A stretch of 64,000 bases of DNA from Moniliella sp. 'wahieum' (Eukaryota), in contig RSEE01000118.1 of the NCBI GenBank assembly GCA_003971905.1, forward strand, positions 62,001 to 126,000. The letters run 5' to 3'. The notes under the pieces were generated by a model. It ran no database searches and was not told the origin of the DNA. It was given only the letters and a program-made list of their open reading frames with translations. The stretch's first letter is position 1, and the number at the start of each line of letters is the position of its first letter. A program made the position numbers and the translations under genes. Of this stretch, positions 62,389 to 64,000 are shown piece after piece.

Positions 62389-64000
62389 TTAAGCCAACTG
62401 GGCAATGGTAAAGTAACCCATGATGGTGGAAAAGAGGCGGAGCCTGCGCAAGCGGTCGGAGAAGAGGTCGCTTGGGCTGACGCCGTCCTCGGAGGTGGAG
62501 CCCATCTGGGCCTGCAGCGCTTTGTCCAGCCACGGCGGCGGTGGGACAAAGGGCAAGAGGCAGTCGGTGGTAGATTCGTTGGCGCGTTCCAGTTCGGCGA
62601 CAGCCTTTTCGGATTGCACGCCTTCGCCCCTCTTGGCTGCCCATTCGGCTTTTGTCGTGCGGTGACAAAGTGGCGGTGGTGAGTGAGGCTAAAGGGCGCT
62701 GCCTCGATGGCTAGAACGCTGTACCGTTGGCCATCAAACGTCATGTTGCGCGCCGAACGGAGCACCTCCTTGGCCACTTCCACCCCGACCGATTGCACCA
62801 AGGTATCGAACCGCACGTCGGACAGAAACGAGCGGAGGGTATCCGTGTGGGTGGAAACGCGCGAGATGGCTGCCACGCTGGTTTCAAACGTCGGCACGTC
62901 CGCCGGCACAGCAAGGTTGTAACGGCCGGGCTCTGCATAAAAAACCCGCTCCCTCTTGCCCGGTGTGCGCGCCAAGGGCAACGTCCTGTTCAGACTCGAC
63001 GTCGTGGGCTCAATCAGCAGCGCCACCCCACCCCACCCACACTCTCGGCCGCACCGGGATCAATGTCGGTCGGGCGCCGGTCCAGCCGACGTTGTCGTCG
63101 GTTGCTTCGTTCGACAATCAAGTTTTTCAACCGAACGTCCGGCCCGGCCGGCTGGGCCGCCCGGCCGCGCGGAGACAAGTTGGACCGGCCCGCAGTAATC
63201 TCGGCGAGGCGTTGGCTGACCTTGGCCAATTCTTGGGGCACGATGCCCAGGCTGCCTGGCCGGAGCCAGTTGGGCCGAGCGTCCTGCGCGGACCAAGGTG
63301 ACTTTTCAAGCGGAATGGAGCGCATGCCCAGCGCAAATTGCTTCGGATCCTGCGGGGAGAGGGTGACAAACGCTTCGCGAAACTCGCCGCCATCGCGTGC
63401 AGCTAGGCGAACGGGAAGACCAGAAAGGTAGTCCTGGGCAAAGACCATGGTCCAGTACTCGGCGTGAGAGGAACCTCGTCGAGGGAACTAAACCATTGAA
63501 TATACAATTCGTGTCGTTGCGGTGGCGGCATGATCTGTCCCGGCTCGATCAGCACCAGTTTGCGGCCCCAGGAATCGGTCACGCGGCGCAGGTTGGACGC
63601 CCTGGCTTGCCTTCGGGCGGGATTGGGCTCGACCAGCTGAATCATCCGCAGCGACGATTCCAGCGAGTCAAACGTGCCACACGTCATCACCACCAGTTCC
63701 GGCAGCACCGATTCGTCCGGGAAGGGAAATACAAGGCGGGAACCGAGGCCAACGGGCTCGCCTCGGTCGGAGCAGCGAATGCGATAGGAAAGGTTGTTCA
63801 AGCTGAAAAAAAGGCTATCGACATGGCAAGAGCAACGGGTCCATACGTGTCGGACGACCAATCCCTCTGGAGGGCAGTGTCGGAAAGATCGCCGGTATGC
63901 CAGCCCACCGCTCGAGGGAGCGCGTCGTTGATGGTCTGCATGAATCGATCGACGGGCATCGGGCCATCGGTACGAATCATTCTGAGAAGCTCTGCATTGA
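62389..64000 (-). CDS. Hypothetical protein, 3' part (5' end outside window)
   Basis: Consecutive protein-like minus-strand ORF segments 63798-63980, 63403-63861, 63014-63448, 62286-63026 and 62389-62619. No family recognised. Confidence 0.5.

Overview
This is eukaryotic, GC-rich, intron-containing fungal DNA. It is most consistent with a basidiomycete of the Ustilaginomycotina, judged from a Fuz7-like MAPKK and a smut-type Dre2 linker recognised from memory, not from a search. About 20 recognisable genes are present, mostly housekeeping: alpha/beta hydrolase, PaaI thioesterase, NatB auxiliary subunit, DRE2, hexokinase, V-ATPase subunit e, Pol I largest subunit, ATP7, TMEM41/VTT, CTP synthase, NSE2, PAN6, SUV3, TAH18, FUZ7/STE7, RPS21, HYPK-like, SNU71, a BBOX/TMLH-like dioxygenase and a Zn2Cys6 factor. 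There are also three intron-containing tRNA genes and three hypothetical genes. Most CDSs, including essential ones, are broken by single-base indels, which I read as assembly error, so gene coordinates are best estimates across introns and frameshifts. The most notable observations are: (1) two outward-facing tRNA-Val(AAC) genes bracketing a divergent dioxygenase/zinc-cluster TF pair with CGG repeats in the shared promoter; (2) a T-shaped double hairpin with C(GNA)G triloops and adjacent direct repeats at about 4.9 kb; (3) a recurrent intergenic CTCAG-N-CTGAG palindrome; (4) a gene-free low-GC island with two decayed LTR-like copies between TAH18 and FUZ7; (5) a long, repeat-bearing RPS21 intron; (6) a second MAPK-docking-like motif in Fuz7. 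I cannot show that any of these is a new biological system.
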